Part shown: in pieces, positions 1 through 9,752 of the stretch
Layout: every line of letters starts with the position of its first letter
Numbering within the stretch: position 1 is the stretch's first letter
NCBI GenBank assembly: GCA_965199855.1
Contig: OZ241326.1
Coordinates: forward strand, 1,760,001 to 1,824,000
Length of the DNA stretch: 64,000 nucleotides
DNA from: a bacterium
GTDB lineage: Bacteria > UBA8248
Direction: 5' to 3'
Notes under the pieces: generated by a model
What the model saw: only the letters and a program-made list of their open reading frames with translations
Databases searched by the model: none
What the model was told of the DNA's origin: nothing
Made by a program: the position numbers and the translations under genes

Positions 1-980
1 GGCGTGTAGTTGGCGCGGAAGCTGTAGACGGCCTCGCCTTCCACGTATACGTCCGTTCCCTCCTTGGAGAGGAGGAACTCCACCAGCAGCTTGCCCGCGC
101 TGGGGTTCGGCGCGCCCTTGAGGACGGCGGCCTGGTTGCCCAGCATGACCTGGCCTTCCTTGTAGTAGCCGATCTTGATGATCTTGGCGAGGTCGGGCTT
201 CTTGATGACGTTCTGCCACACGCGGCCGGAAATGTTCCAGGGGTCGAGGCCGCGCTCGCAGTTGATGAGCGCCTGCATCTTCGGCTCCGTGCGGAACATG
301 ACGACGGGCTTGGTGGCCTTGAGGTCGTCCCAGTATTTCTCCATGTTCAGGCCGTTCTCGATGAGCGAGATGACGGTGTTCGTGTAGGTGAAGCTCTTGG
401 TGATGTCGCCGGCGATGGTCTTGCCCATCACGTTCTTGGCGATAGTGTCCTTGTAGGAGGTGATATTGACGTCCTTCATGCCCGGGCAGGCGCTGTTCCA
501 CACCGGCTGAAAGGTGTAGGCCAGGGGCGTGACGACCCAGGGGTAGTTCGCGTACTGGCCGGCGCTTTTGATGACCGACGCGAAATTCTTGTTCCACTCG
601 GCGCTGTCGAGCTTGTGGTAGGCGCCGCGCTTCTGGGCCGCGGCGAAGAAGCCGGGCGCGCTCACCAGATGGACGTCAACGGTGAACTTGTTGGCCCGCA
701 TCTCCTGGCGCACCTGGGAGACGGTGGCGCCGGTGCCCTTGCGCAGGTTGCGGAAGTTGAAGCCGCTGCCGAGGCCGTATCTCTTCACGAACGCCGGCCC
801 CAGCCGCTTGGCGGTGCGGTCGCTGAAAAGAGGGTTGAGGAGCGTGACGGCGCCCTCTTTTTTCGCCTGGCGCACGAGCGCCTCCTGGTTTTTCATCATC
901 ATCGCGGCGGAGGCGGGCGCGCCCGACGCGAAGAGGGCGAGCGCCGCGAAGGCGGCGAAGCAACGAACGAGATGTTTCAT
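1..980 (-). CDS. ABC transporter extracellular solute-binding protein (Fe3+/thiamine-like family), runs off window start
   Basis: ATG at 980 with AGGAG upstream; MKHLVRCFAAFAALALFASGAPASA signal peptide, then AKKEGAVTLL...GTGATVSQVRQE, typical of this SBP class; absent from ORF track because it is truncated. Confidence 0.7.
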   Translation of the reverse strand, partial: MKHLVRCFAAFAALALFASGAPASAAMMMKNQEALVRQAKKEGAVTLLNPLFSDRTAKRLGPAFVKRYGLGSGFNFRNLRKGTGATVSQVRQEMRANKFTVDVHLVSAPGFFAAAQKRGAYHKLDSAEWNKNFASVIKSAGQYANYPWVVTPLAYTFQPVWNSACPGMKDVNITSYKDTIAKNVMGKTIAGDITKSFTYTNTVISLIENGLNMEKYWDDLKATKPVVMFRTEPKMQALINCERGLDPWNISGRVWQNVIKKPDLAKIIKIGYYKEGQVMLGNQAAVLKGAPNPSAGKLLVEFLLSKEGTDVYVEGEAVYSFRANYT

Positions 981-1274
981 CGAGTTTCTCCTTATCGCTT
1001 GATAGGGCGGGGGGCAGGCCCCCCAGGTTAAAAGGCTTCGATGGTTCCGCATTGTTTCGATGATAGCCGGACGGATAGGGAAAGCGACGCCCCCGTATTT
1101 GCTATTTTCGCTTTCCCTGCCGCCTGGGAGTTTCATAAAAATAGCAGATTTTTCGCATCTGTCAATCGTCTCATCCCCCGCCGGACAGAATCCCCGGCCT
1201 CGTCTCCTCCCGCTGCGGAAGGAGGAGGGCGCGGGATGAGAGGGAGACGAGGGGCGGGCCTTTGTTGGTATTCT

Positions 1275-2558
1275 TCATTTTATCCCTTTCTCGCGCTTGA
1301 TATAGCCTTTGTCCGTCAGTCGAACCAGGAGCTCCTCATGCGTCCTGGCGCCCTTGATGGCGTTGCAACTGCCGCAGAGAAGCTGCAGGTTGCTGACATG
1401 ATCCGTTCCGCCTTTCATTCGCGGGATGATGTGGTCGATGTGAAAATGCTGCGCTTCAAAATGCGTTCCGCACCCGTTGCAGTAGCCGCCCTGTTCGCCA
1501 TAGAGGAATTTCTTGTTCTCGATGCTGTTGTATTTTGGGACAGCTCCCAGGTCCGTGCGCTTCGGGATGTCTGTTCGGTAAGTGATGCCTACGTTGAACA
1601 ACCTCAAATCTTTTCTCATTCGCTCCCGGACCAGTTTGTTCGCCATTTCGGATATGTCGATTCCAATCCATTCTCGTCCCTCGTCCTGAGCCGCGACACA
1701 GGCTGTCGCGCATCCACAAAATGGATCGAGGACTATATCGCCCTTGTTTGACGAGGCTTTGATGATGCGCTTGAGAAGGGCGAGGGGCTTCTGCGTTGGG
1801 TAGCCGGTTTTTTCGCTCGAAAAACTTTTGATCATGATGGAATCGAGCCTGTCCCCCTCATGGCAATTCCAAGTGTCTTCAATCGGAAAGCCTTTTCCCG
1901 TTGGAAGCGAGCCTCCCCGCCGACGGTATCCCGGGGGGTATGGTATGTATTCTTTGTTGAATCGCTTGTTCGCTTCCCCGGAACGAACGTAGTAAAGGAT
2001 GGCGTCGTGGTTGCGGATCCATCCTATCTTCTGCGTTTTGAAGCCGCTCACCCATCCGATTCTCCAAATGATTTCATTTCTGAAGTTCTCCTTCCCGAAA
2101 ATCGCGTCCATCAACAGTTTCAAATAATGACCGGCGGTTGGATCGCAATGGAGGTAGATGCTCCCGGTAGTCTTGATGACTCGCTTGAGCTCCACGACGC
2201 GAACGGCCATGTATATCAAATAGCTCATCATGGAATCGCTATGGACCTTCCTGACGGCGTTCAAAAGCGCGTAGAGGCCGGGATAGTCGTGCTTGATGAG
2301 TCCGTGCCAAGCGAGGTTGATGTCGGATAAACTCCACGTGTCCTTGAATGCCGCCCCCGCAGCTTCGCTCCCTATCGGAGCCGCGTAGTTGTGATTTGAA
2401 TTAAAAGGGGGATCGAGATAGACGAGATCGATACATTCGTCGTTGAATCCCCGCAGAATATCCAGACAATCGCCCGCGAACATCGTGCGAGGCTTGATGT
2501 TCAGCGTCGGGTTCGTTCGGTCGTCGTTCGCTGCATCATCTTTCGCAGGCGTTATCAT
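1275..2558 (-). CDS. Site-specific DNA amino-methyltransferase (beta class) fused to C-terminal HNH endonuclease domain
   Basis: Motif IV DPPF precedes motif I DPFCGCAT; YPTQKP; C-terminal CNGC...HIDHIIP..GG...NLQLLCGSCNAIKG HNH signature. Confidence 0.9.
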   Translation of the reverse strand: MITPAKDDAANDDRTNPTLNIKPRTMFAGDCLDILRGFNDECIDLVYLDPPFNSNHNYAAPIGSEAAGAAFKDTWSLSDINLAWHGLIKHDYPGLYALLNAVRKVHSDSMMSYLIYMAVRVVELKRVIKTTGSIYLHCDPTAGHYLKLLMDAIFGKENFRNEIIWRIGWVSGFKTQKIGWIRNHDAILYYVRSGEANKRFNKEYIPYPPGYRRRGGSLPTGKGFPIEDTWNCHEGDRLDSIMIKSFSSEKTGYPTQKPLALLKRIIKASSNKGDIVLDPFCGCATACVAAQDEGREWIGIDISEMANKLVRERMRKDLRLFNVGITYRTDIPKRTDLGAVPKYNSIENKKFLYGEQGGYCNGCGTHFEAQHFHIDHIIPRMKGGTDHVSNLQLLCGSCNAIKGARTHEELLVRLTDKGYIKREKGIK

Positions 2559-2938
2559 CCCCAAATCCCTGTGTCTTGCTCTGATGCGATGCGCCCTGTC
2601 CGAGAGATTGTATCAAGTGAGAGAGTATCGTGTCGCCCGGAGAAATTCATCGGACAAGGAGAGCGGGGGGGAAGATGTTCGCGCCTCGCCCGCCGCTTTC
2701 CCTGCGGGGGCAAGTTCCTTATGATGCGGAGCGCGGCCGCGGGCCTGCCGGCGTTCATGCGAATCGAACCCTGATGCGAGGCTTCGGGAGCGGGGAGGGA
2801 GGGCGTTCGCGCGCTGCGCTCCTCCGCCGAAGGAAGGCGCGCCGCATTTTCGAGCGGGGAGGCCCGGCCGCCGCGCGGAAGCCGTTGCCGACCGTCGGGT
2901 CTGTTTTCCATTTCGTAAATTGTGATCGGGGATTTTCC

Positions 2939-3781
2939 TTGAACGCGAAGCCGGGCGGCCCCTCCTCTCTCATACAAACCCATCGCCTCGAATCCCCGCC
3001 GGGCTCGTTCATGACGCATGTCTCGGTGATTCTCATCGGGGAGGGACCCTTCGTTCTTTTCGACGCGGGCTACCGCGAGTGCGTCCCCGATATGCTTTCC
3101 TGGGTGGAGGCGCGAACCGGGGGCGCGCTGGAGAGGCTTGTTCTCACCCACCATCACCTCGATCACGCAGGCGGGGCGAAGGCTGTCTGCGAGCGGTTCG
3201 GCGTCCGCGCCTGGGCGCATCCCCTGGAGATGGAATTTCTCGAAGAAGAGCAACCGGGACTCTCGGCTTCTCCGATTGAGGAGGGGGAGGCCGTCGAGCT
3301 GGGGCGGATGCGTCTCCGCGCCGTCCTGACGCCGGGGCATTCTCCCGGGCATCTTTCCTTCTGGTGGGAGGAGGATCGGATTCTTCTGGGGGGCGACAAC
3401 GTTCTCCTCCCCTCTACGACGGCGGTGGTCGCGCCGAAGGGAAACCTGGGGGATTATCTCGCCTCGCTGGAGAAGATGAAGCGGCTCGCCCCGCGCCTCA
3501 TCTATCCGGGCCACGGCCCCGTGATAGAGGATCCGCTCGGGCGGATAGAGGAGCTCCTCGAGCACCGCAGAATGCGCGACGCGCAGTATCTCGAGGCGCT
3601 CGACGCCGGCCACGATACGCCCGAGAAGATCGCCGCCCTCGTGTATCGGGATTTGCCGGAGCGCAACAGGCGCCTGGGCGCCCGCGTGATAGCGCTGCAC
3701 CTCGACAGGTTCCTGGAATCGGGCGAGGTCGCGCGCGAGGACGGACGCTATTCGCTGGCGCAGCCGCTCCGGGGAGCCTGA
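2939..3781 (+). CDS. MBL-fold metallo-hydrolase (LACTB2-like with winged-helix tail)
   Basis: THHHLDH, TPGHSPGH, GGD, PGHG motifs; start uncertain (TTG 2939 or ATG 3010). Confidence 0.85.
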   Translation: MNAKPGGPSSLIQTHRLESPPGSFMTHVSVILIGEGPFVLFDAGYRECVPDMLSWVEARTGGALERLVLTHHHLDHAGGAKAVCERFGVRAWAHPLEMEFLEEEQPGLSASPIEEGEAVELGRMRLRAVLTPGHSPGHLSFWWEEDRILLGGDNVLLPSTTAVVAPKGNLGDYLASLEKMKRLAPRLIYPGHGPVIEDPLGRIEELLEHRRMRDAQYLEALDAGHDTPEKIAALVYRDLPERNRRLGARVIALHLDRFLESGEVAREDGRYSLAQPLRGA

Positions 3782-3786
3782 GGTTT

Positions 3787-4596
3787 TTGCTTACGAACTG
3801 CCATACGCTGGTTCTTCGGGAGCTGCTGGAGCGACGCCCCGACGCGCCCCCTGCCGAAGAGGATGCCTACGTCTATAACGTGGCGCCCGATTCCCTGCCG
3901 CTTTCGGGAGAATTCCGGCCCGGCCAGACCCACCGCTTCGCTCCGCCTGAGGGGGTCATGCGCCGCTTCCCTAAACTCCTGTGGGTGAAATGCCATCTCG
4001 CGGTGGACAACCTGTGCCATTACGGGAGCCTAGCCAAGACGGCGAACGGGCTTCCTCCTTCCCGAAAACGGGGCTACGCCTACGCGAAGGGCGCCGCGCT
4101 CATTCCCCTGATGCGCGCGTTCGCCGGGGAGATGGACGTCCCGACCGAGGAGGCGAGCCTGCACTATCTCGCGCACGTGCTGGTCGAAATCGCGGTGGAC
4201 TACGCCATCTATCTCGACGACAGGACGGTGGCGGAGCGGCTTCGGGACGCCCAGCTCTTGATGAGCGGGGCGCAGAAGCGCGAATACGCCGAAGGCCTGG
4301 CGGCCTTATACGGCTGCGCGCCGGAGAAGGTCGAGCGCGCGCGCGAGGCGCCCCGGAAGTTTTACGGCGACCACCACGACATCGATGAACTGTTCCTGGG
4401 CGGGCGAACGAAAATCGTACTCAGGAAGCTCGGGCTCCCCTTCAGCGGGGAGAACACGGAGAGAACCTGCCGCCTCATCGAGGAGGGCGCGCGGATGACG
4501 GGGGACTACATGGGTTTCATCGACGAATGCGTGGACGCGCTCTCGGCCTGGAAGGCGTGGGAGGGAGAGGTCGCCATAGACGGCGCGGGCGCCTGA
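3787..4596 (+). CDS. Hypothetical protein, zinc-dependent phospholipase C-like fold
   Basis: TTG start just after previous stop; N-terminal His (TNCH), APD..H, CHLAVDNLCH and HVLVEIAVD resemble the Zn-ligand pattern of that family. Confidence 0.5.
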   Translation: MLTNCHTLVLRELLERRPDAPPAEEDAYVYNVAPDSLPLSGEFRPGQTHRFAPPEGVMRRFPKLLWVKCHLAVDNLCHYGSLAKTANGLPPSRKRGYAYAKGAALIPLMRAFAGEMDVPTEEASLHYLAHVLVEIAVDYAIYLDDRTVAERLRDAQLLMSGAQKREYAEGLAALYGCAPEKVERAREAPRKFYGDHHDIDELFLGGRTKIVLRKLGLPFSGENTERTCRLIEEGARMTGDYMGFIDECVDALSAWKAWEGEVAIDGAGA

Positions 4597-4668
4597 TTTC
4601 GCGCCGCTTGCTTCCGCGAAAAGGGAAAAGGAAGGCGCCGACAACCCGGGACAGCGAGGGAAAACAAT

Positions 4669-4711
4669 GGATTCCGCAATCCCTCCGCGTCGGGATTGCC
4701 GCCGGAATGAC
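4669..4711. repeat. GGATTCC...GGAATGAC-type palindromic repeat (long form), copy 1
   Basis: GGATTCCGCAATCCCTCCGCGTCGGGATTGCCGCCGGAATGAC; near-identical at 59112-59157 and inverted at 22025-22065 and 26962-27008. Confidence 0.8.
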
Positions 4712-4717
4712 GCGCCG

Positions 4718-4754
4718 AAAAGAAAGACGGGATGAGGCTCGCCTCATCCCGTCT
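4718..4754 (-). terminator. Rho-independent terminator downstream of hup
   Basis: 14-bp perfect stem AGACGGGATGAGGC/GCCTCATCCCGTCT followed by a T-rich tract on the minus strand. Confidence 0.75.
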
Positions 4755-4902
4755 CCCGAAGCGAAACAGGTTTTCGCGTCGGCCCGACTTCTCCGAAGGG
4801 GCGCTTCAACGACTCCGGCTGAACGAACGGCCCATCAAGTCCTGCGGCCGCGCCGACAAATGAGCTGCTTCGCCGGCGCGGCCGGACGCTCGCTCCGCCG
4901 CT

Positions 4903-5175
4903 CTAGTTCACGGCCCCTTTCAGTCCCGCGCCCGCCTTGAACCTCGGCACCTTGGCCGCCTTCACCTCGATCACCTCTCCCGTCCTCGGATTGCGCGCCT
5001 GACGCGCCGCGCGCCTGGAGGCGCTGAAGGTGCCGAAGCCCGTGAGCGTCACCTTGTCGCCTTTCTTGAGGGCCGAGGTCACGGTCTCCACGAATGCGTT
5101 GACCACGTTCTGGGCGCCCGCCCTGCTGAGGTTGGCCTGATCCGCGATGGCTTCTACGAGTTCTCCCTTGTTCAT
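4903..5175 (-). CDS. hup: DNA-binding protein HU
   Basis: MNKGELVEAIA...GFGTF...RNPRTGE...VPRFKAG. Confidence 0.97.
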   Translation of the reverse strand: MNKGELVEAIADQANLSRAGAQNVVNAFVETVTSALKKGDKVTLTGFGTFSASRRAARQARNPRTGEVIEVKAAKVPRFKAGAGLKGAVN

Positions 5176-5393
5176 GTTCCTGCTCTCCTCGATTCCGCGC
5201 GGCGCCCGGGCGTGGCGGCCGCGCCTGTTCGCTCATCGGACGTCTGCGTCCGAGAAGCTGAAGACGGCGGCGAAAGCCGAAAGGCAAAATGAGGTGGGGG
5301 GCGAAAAAGAACCATGAAGGGCGGAAAACCTTGTTATCTGAGAGATAATAGCCCCAAAAGCGCGCCCCGCGCAAGCGGAAAACGCGCCTTTTT

Positions 5394-6681
5394 TCACGGA
5401 GAAAGTCGCGGGCGGAAAGGAGACGACGGGGCGGGGAATTTCCACATTCCGGCGTTTCCGACCATCTGATCGTAGGAGAAAAGCGCCGCGCCGTCCGCCT
5501 CCGCCTCCCGGGCGTCGCGCCATTGCCGCCAGAGGCCCGCCGGACGATCCGTGAACAGATACGCCCCCAGGCCGATGACGATTTTCGGCGCGCGCGATTT
5601 TCTGGACGCCGTTTTCCAGGCCGCCGCGCTTCGGCTGATGCGGGCGGCCTGGCGCGCGTCCCGGGTGTAGTTCATGACGAGCGCCTTGTCCAGCAGACCC
5701 TCCTCGAGCCAGCCGCGCCAGTCCTGGAAGGCCGAGAGATACGCCCGCTCCGCCCAGGGGAGGACGGCGGCGGAGACGGCGATGCGCGGATTGACGCCTC
5801 TGGCGGATTCGGAAACCTCGCGTACGGCCGCCGTGACCTGCGCGCGCCGCCAGTCGTCCCACGCCGCGGGGGCCGCGTTCTTCGCGTCCGCGAGCGGCGC
5901 GGTTTTTCCGGTTTCCCTGTGAAAGCGCTCGACGGACGCCGCGCTGTAGCCGAAATCGAGGCGCGGGGAGAAGCGCGAGCCGGGCGATATGGGCAGCGCG
6001 TAGGGGTAGCGGATGAAGTCGAGATGAATCCCCGCGAGTTTGGGATACCTCCGCGCCAGCTCCGCCGCGATATCCGCGATGCGCCCCCGCGCCCCCGAAT
6101 GCGCCGGATCAAGAAAAATGCCGGGCGTTCCCAGCTGAAACCCCTTCGCCCACGCCGGCTTGCCGGATGCGGGATAATCGAGCAGGGAGCGCCCGTATTG
6201 ATCCCGGAGCGCGGCGTCCGCTCCCAGTTCGCGGAGGATGGGCGCGTCCCTGTTTCTCGCCAGGGAGAAGGCGTTTATCCAGGCGTGGACCCTGATGGCG
6301 CGGCGACCCTCGCTCCTCCCGGAAGCCAGGGCGAGCAGAAGGGCGAGCGGGTCCCGTCCCGCGCGTCTTGCGGGGGCGTCGTCGGCCCAGCGCGGTGGGA
6401 AACCACGCCTTTCCCGAGCGATAGACCTGCGCGTAGATGTCGGTCACCCCGGCGGAGCGGGCGCGCCTCACCAGGTTTCTTATCTTCTCCGCGCTGTCGA
6501 GGGTCGCGTTCGCGCCTTCCGCCTGCGCCCAGAGGCCGACCTCGAAGGGTTTTTCAGGGGAGAAAAACGGAAGCCACGCGAAGGGGTTGACGCCATGGTG
6601 CAGGCATCCCGAAGCGAGGAGCGCGAGGAGGAAGAGGCCGCATGGCGCGCCGGCGCGCGGGCGAGGTTTCATTTTCGTCAT
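5394..6681 (-). pseudogene. GHL10 (DUF187/YddW-like) glycoside hydrolase lipoprotein with one frameshift near 6387
   Basis: Lipobox LASGC and IYAQVY in the first frame; VHAWIN, LDP, GIHLDFIRYP, QDWRGW, MNY in the second frame; an extra G (CTG GGC CGA instead of CTG GCC GAC). Confidence 0.75.
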
Positions 6682-6881
6682 CTGAGCGTTCCGTGAGCGG
6701 GGGCGGCGTCATAACGCGGCGAATGGTTCAGGGCGTCGTTTTCGCAATCGTCCGGGCGGGCGTGGAGGCGCGCCGAGCCGTATTTTCGCCGGCAAGACGC
6801 GCGGCGAAAAGCGGAATCACTCGGGCGGAAGGGGCGAAGGGCGAATGAAAATAAGAAAAACACTTTAATATAACGTCATAA

Positions 6882-7445
6882 TTATTTGATATTCAATTCT
6901 TTTTTTGTTTTTGTCATCGCTTCCACAAGCGCCTGCTCTTCCGCCGCGCGCATGGGTTCTCCCCGTATGGATCGGTACGCCCGGGCGACGATCGAGACGG
7001 GAATCGGCGGTTCCAGCACCTCCCAGGCGGCGAGCGCCGCGCCCAGATGCGCCGCTTCGGGCGCGGCGGAGCGCTTCGCCGAGATCCCCTGAAGTTCGAC
7101 GCAGGCGAGGCGGATGTCCGGGCTTTCGGTGGCGTTCAGGGCGTCGAGCACGAGGAGGCCGCCGGGTTTTTTCAGGGCGTCTCCCATCGGCGGGACGACG
7201 GCGAGGCGCGGGTCGCAGACGATTTCCAGGTCATAGGCCGTGGGGATGGCGAGGTCGGCGGGCTGCGCCTTCGAGATTTTCACCACCGCCCTGTCCGGCG
7301 CGCCGGGGGGAGAGGGAAACCCGGGGGTTCGCACCTGGGATGAAAGCCCCGCCTGGATGGCCGCCTCGCCGAAGACGCGCGCCGCGCTCAGAAATATCTC
7401 CCCCCCGCCGATTTCGCGTCTTCCGTGAAAGCAGACCGCGCGCAT
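6882..7445 (-). CDS. 2-oxoacid:acceptor oxidoreductase gamma-subunit-like protein (divergent)
   Basis: MRAVCFHGR..GGG...AARVFGEAA...GAP..AVVKIS...D...D pattern resembles PorC/KorC. Confidence 0.55.
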   Translation of the reverse strand: MRAVCFHGRREIGGGEIFLSAARVFGEAAIQAGLSSQVRTPGFPSPPGAPDRAVVKISKAQPADLAIPTAYDLEIVCDPRLAVVPPMGDALKKPGGLLVLDALNATESPDIRLACVELQGISAKRSAAPEAAHLGAALAAWEVLEPPIPVSIVARAYRSIRGEPMRAAEEQALVEAMTKTKKELNIK

Positions 7446-7682
7446 GGGGCGTTCCCGGCTTGGAAGCATGAGAGGGAAGCGGGGGCGAACTTCAGGACTT
7501 TGTTTATCAGAATCGGGGCGTCTTCGCCATGCTCCAAGTTGACATGGAAAACGCGGCCTCGCAAGATGGTCCCGGAAGAAGCCGAAAGAGGGGAAGCCAA
7601 GGGTCGCCTGCGGATGCCGCCGCCCGGAAGCATGGACGCGGCGCGCGAGCAGCTTCCCGCCGCAGAATGGAGAGCGTGAGTC

Positions 7683-9074
7683 TTGAGCCGGAAATTCAGG
7701 ATATTCACATACGGCTGCCAGATGAATCGCTACGACACGGAGACGATCACCGGCTATCTGGGGGGGCAAGGCTATGAGGAGACTGAATCGAACGAGGAGG
7801 CCGACCTCATCCTGCTGAACACCTGCTCGATTCGGGACAAGGCGGAGCAGAAGGTGTACAGCCAGATCGGACGTCTTGAGAAGCTCAAAAAATCGAGGCC
7901 CGACCTGAAAATCGGCGTGTGCGGCTGCTTCGCCGCGCGCGACGGGGAGGCGATAGCGAAGCGGCGAAAGTCGGTCGATCTCGTCTTCGGCACCCAGAAC
8001 ATCGCCAGCCTGCCGACCCTCCTGGAGGAGATGGAGAAAGGCCGGGTGGTGGACACCGCGCCGGTTGCGCCCGACTTCGACGAACTCGCCCCCATCGAGC
8101 GCGGCGAAGGCGTGAACGCCTTCGTGAGCATCGCGCGCGGGTGCGACAATTTCTGCTCCTTCTGCGTCGTTCCCTACACGCGCGGGCCGGAGTGGAGCAA
8201 GCCGGGTGCCCTGATCGTCGAGGAGGTGGAGCGCGCGGCGGCGGAAGGATTCCGGGAGGTGACGCTCCTCGGCCAGAACGTGAACTCCTACGGCAAAAAG
8301 TCTCCGGGGGAGCTCACCTTCGGCGGGCTGCTGAGGCGCCTGAACGAGGTGGAGGGGATCGAGCGCATCCGCTTCATGACCTCGCACCCCAAGGACTGCG
8401 ACGAGGACATGGTGGACGCCATGGCGGAGTCGGCGAAGGTGTGCGAGCACCTCCACCTGCCGGTGCAGTCGGGCTCGGACGACGTGCTCCGCCGCATGGA
8501 GCGCGGCTACACGGCGGAGGAGTATCTGGAAAAGGCGGCCCTCTTCAAGGAGCGCGTGCGGGGCGGGACGCTCACCTCGGACGTCATCATCGGCTTTCCG
8601 GGCGAGCGCGCCGAGGATTTCGAGGCCACGCTCCGGATGATGCGCGAGGCGCGCTACGACAACATCTATATGTTCAAATACTCCCCCCGCCCCGGAACGC
8701 CCGCCTTCGGAATGGAGGGAGCGCCGCCGGAGGCGGCGGTTTCCGAGCGCTTCGAGGAGGCGAGCCGGCTCCAGCGCGAGATCGCCGCGTCCCTGCGCGC
8801 GGAGCTCGTCGGCGGCGTTCAGGAGGTGATGGTGGAGCGCGCGGCGAAGCCCCGGGGCGCGCCCGCCGGGTGCGCGGGCTGCCCCGAGGCGGAGGACGCG
8901 CCGACGCGCTGGTTCTCGGGTCGCGGCCGGGGGAATCATAGGGTAGAATTGTACGCGGAGGGCATCGCGCCCGCGCCCGGGGACTTGGTCGAGGTGAGAA
9001 TCATGCGAGGCGGGGTTCACTCTCTGGCGGGCGTCTCGCCGCCGGAAGCCGTGAGGATGGAGGAATACGAATGA
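7683..9074 (+). CDS. miaB: tRNA-2-methylthio-N6-dimethylallyladenosine synthase
   Basis: TYGCQMN, NTCSIRDKAEQK, radical SAM GCDNFCSFC, YSPRPGT, TRAM-like C-terminus. Confidence 0.95.
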   Translation: MSRKFRIFTYGCQMNRYDTETITGYLGGQGYEETESNEEADLILLNTCSIRDKAEQKVYSQIGRLEKLKKSRPDLKIGVCGCFAARDGEAIAKRRKSVDLVFGTQNIASLPTLLEEMEKGRVVDTAPVAPDFDELAPIERGEGVNAFVSIARGCDNFCSFCVVPYTRGPEWSKPGALIVEEVERAAAEGFREVTLLGQNVNSYGKKSPGELTFGGLLRRLNEVEGIERIRFMTSHPKDCDEDMVDAMAESAKVCEHLHLPVQSGSDDVLRRMERGYTAEEYLEKAALFKERVRGGTLTSDVIIGFPGERAEDFEATLRMMREARYDNIYMFKYSPRPGTPAFGMEGAPPEAAVSERFEEASRLQREIAASLRAELVGGVQEVMVERAAKPRGAPAGCAGCPEAEDAPTRWFSGRGRGNHRVELYAEGIAPAPGDLVEVRIMRGGVHSLAGVSPPEAVRMEEYE

Positions 9075-9622
9075 TGATCGAGATGAAAGTCAAGGGCCTC
9101 ACCCTCGATCCGCAGACCAACGTGCCGATCGTGATTCTGAGCGAGACCGACGGCGAGCGCGCCCTGCCCATCTGGGTGGGCATTTTCGAGGCGCACGCCA
9201 TCGCGCGCGAGATCGAGAGCTTCGAGACGCCGCGCCCGATGACGCACGACCTGATCAAGAACATCATCAGCGACCTCCATGGCCGGGTGGACAGAATCCT
9301 CATCAATGACCTGAAGGACAACACCTTTTTCGCCGAAATCCACCTTTCCATGAACGGCTCGGAACTCGTCATCGACTCGCGCCCCTCGGACGCCATCGCC
9401 GTGGCTCTCCGCATGGGCAGCCCCATATTCGTGGAGGAGAAGGTGCTCGAGGAGGCGAAGAGCATCGAATTCCGCGAAGGGGAGGCGCGCGAGGGCGCAT
9501 CGGGAGCGGAGGGGGAGGAGGCCGCCCCCGCCGGAGCGGACGCGCCGCCCGACGCGCCCGAGGACATCCGGGAATGGCTCAAGGATCTGAAGCCGGACGA
9601 TTTTCTGAAAGAGGACAAGTAG
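9071..9622 (+). CDS. Bifunctional nuclease family protein (DUF151)
   Basis: LPIWVG.FEA.AI, RPMTHDL, DSRPSDAIAVA. Confidence 0.93.
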   Translation: MMIEMKVKGLTLDPQTNVPIVILSETDGERALPIWVGIFEAHAIAREIESFETPRPMTHDLIKNIISDLHGRVDRILINDLKDNTFFAEIHLSMNGSELVIDSRPSDAIAVALRMGSPIFVEEKVLEEAKSIEFREGEAREGASGAEGEEAAPAGADAPPDAPEDIREWLKDLKPDDFLKEDK

Positions 9623-9752
9623 CCGGGGCGGCGCTTTCGGAAGGCGCCCCGCGTCGCCCGGATGGTTCGCCTTGCGGACGGGCCGGCCCGGGCGTGAATG
9701 AAGACGGCCCGCCCCTGACGCCCGGGCGCGTTCCCACCGGAGTCTGACAGGC

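Noticed and set aside
4755-4900. tRNA-Sec, SRP RNA or 6S RNA
   Set aside because: No cloverleaf with UCA anticodon and T-loop; only GAAGCAGC of the SRP motif is present; no recognisable 6S architecture
7446-9020. Upstream part of the 712-aa minus-strand ORF 6882-9020
   Set aside because: Antisense shadow of miaB; only the last 187 codons look like a real protein
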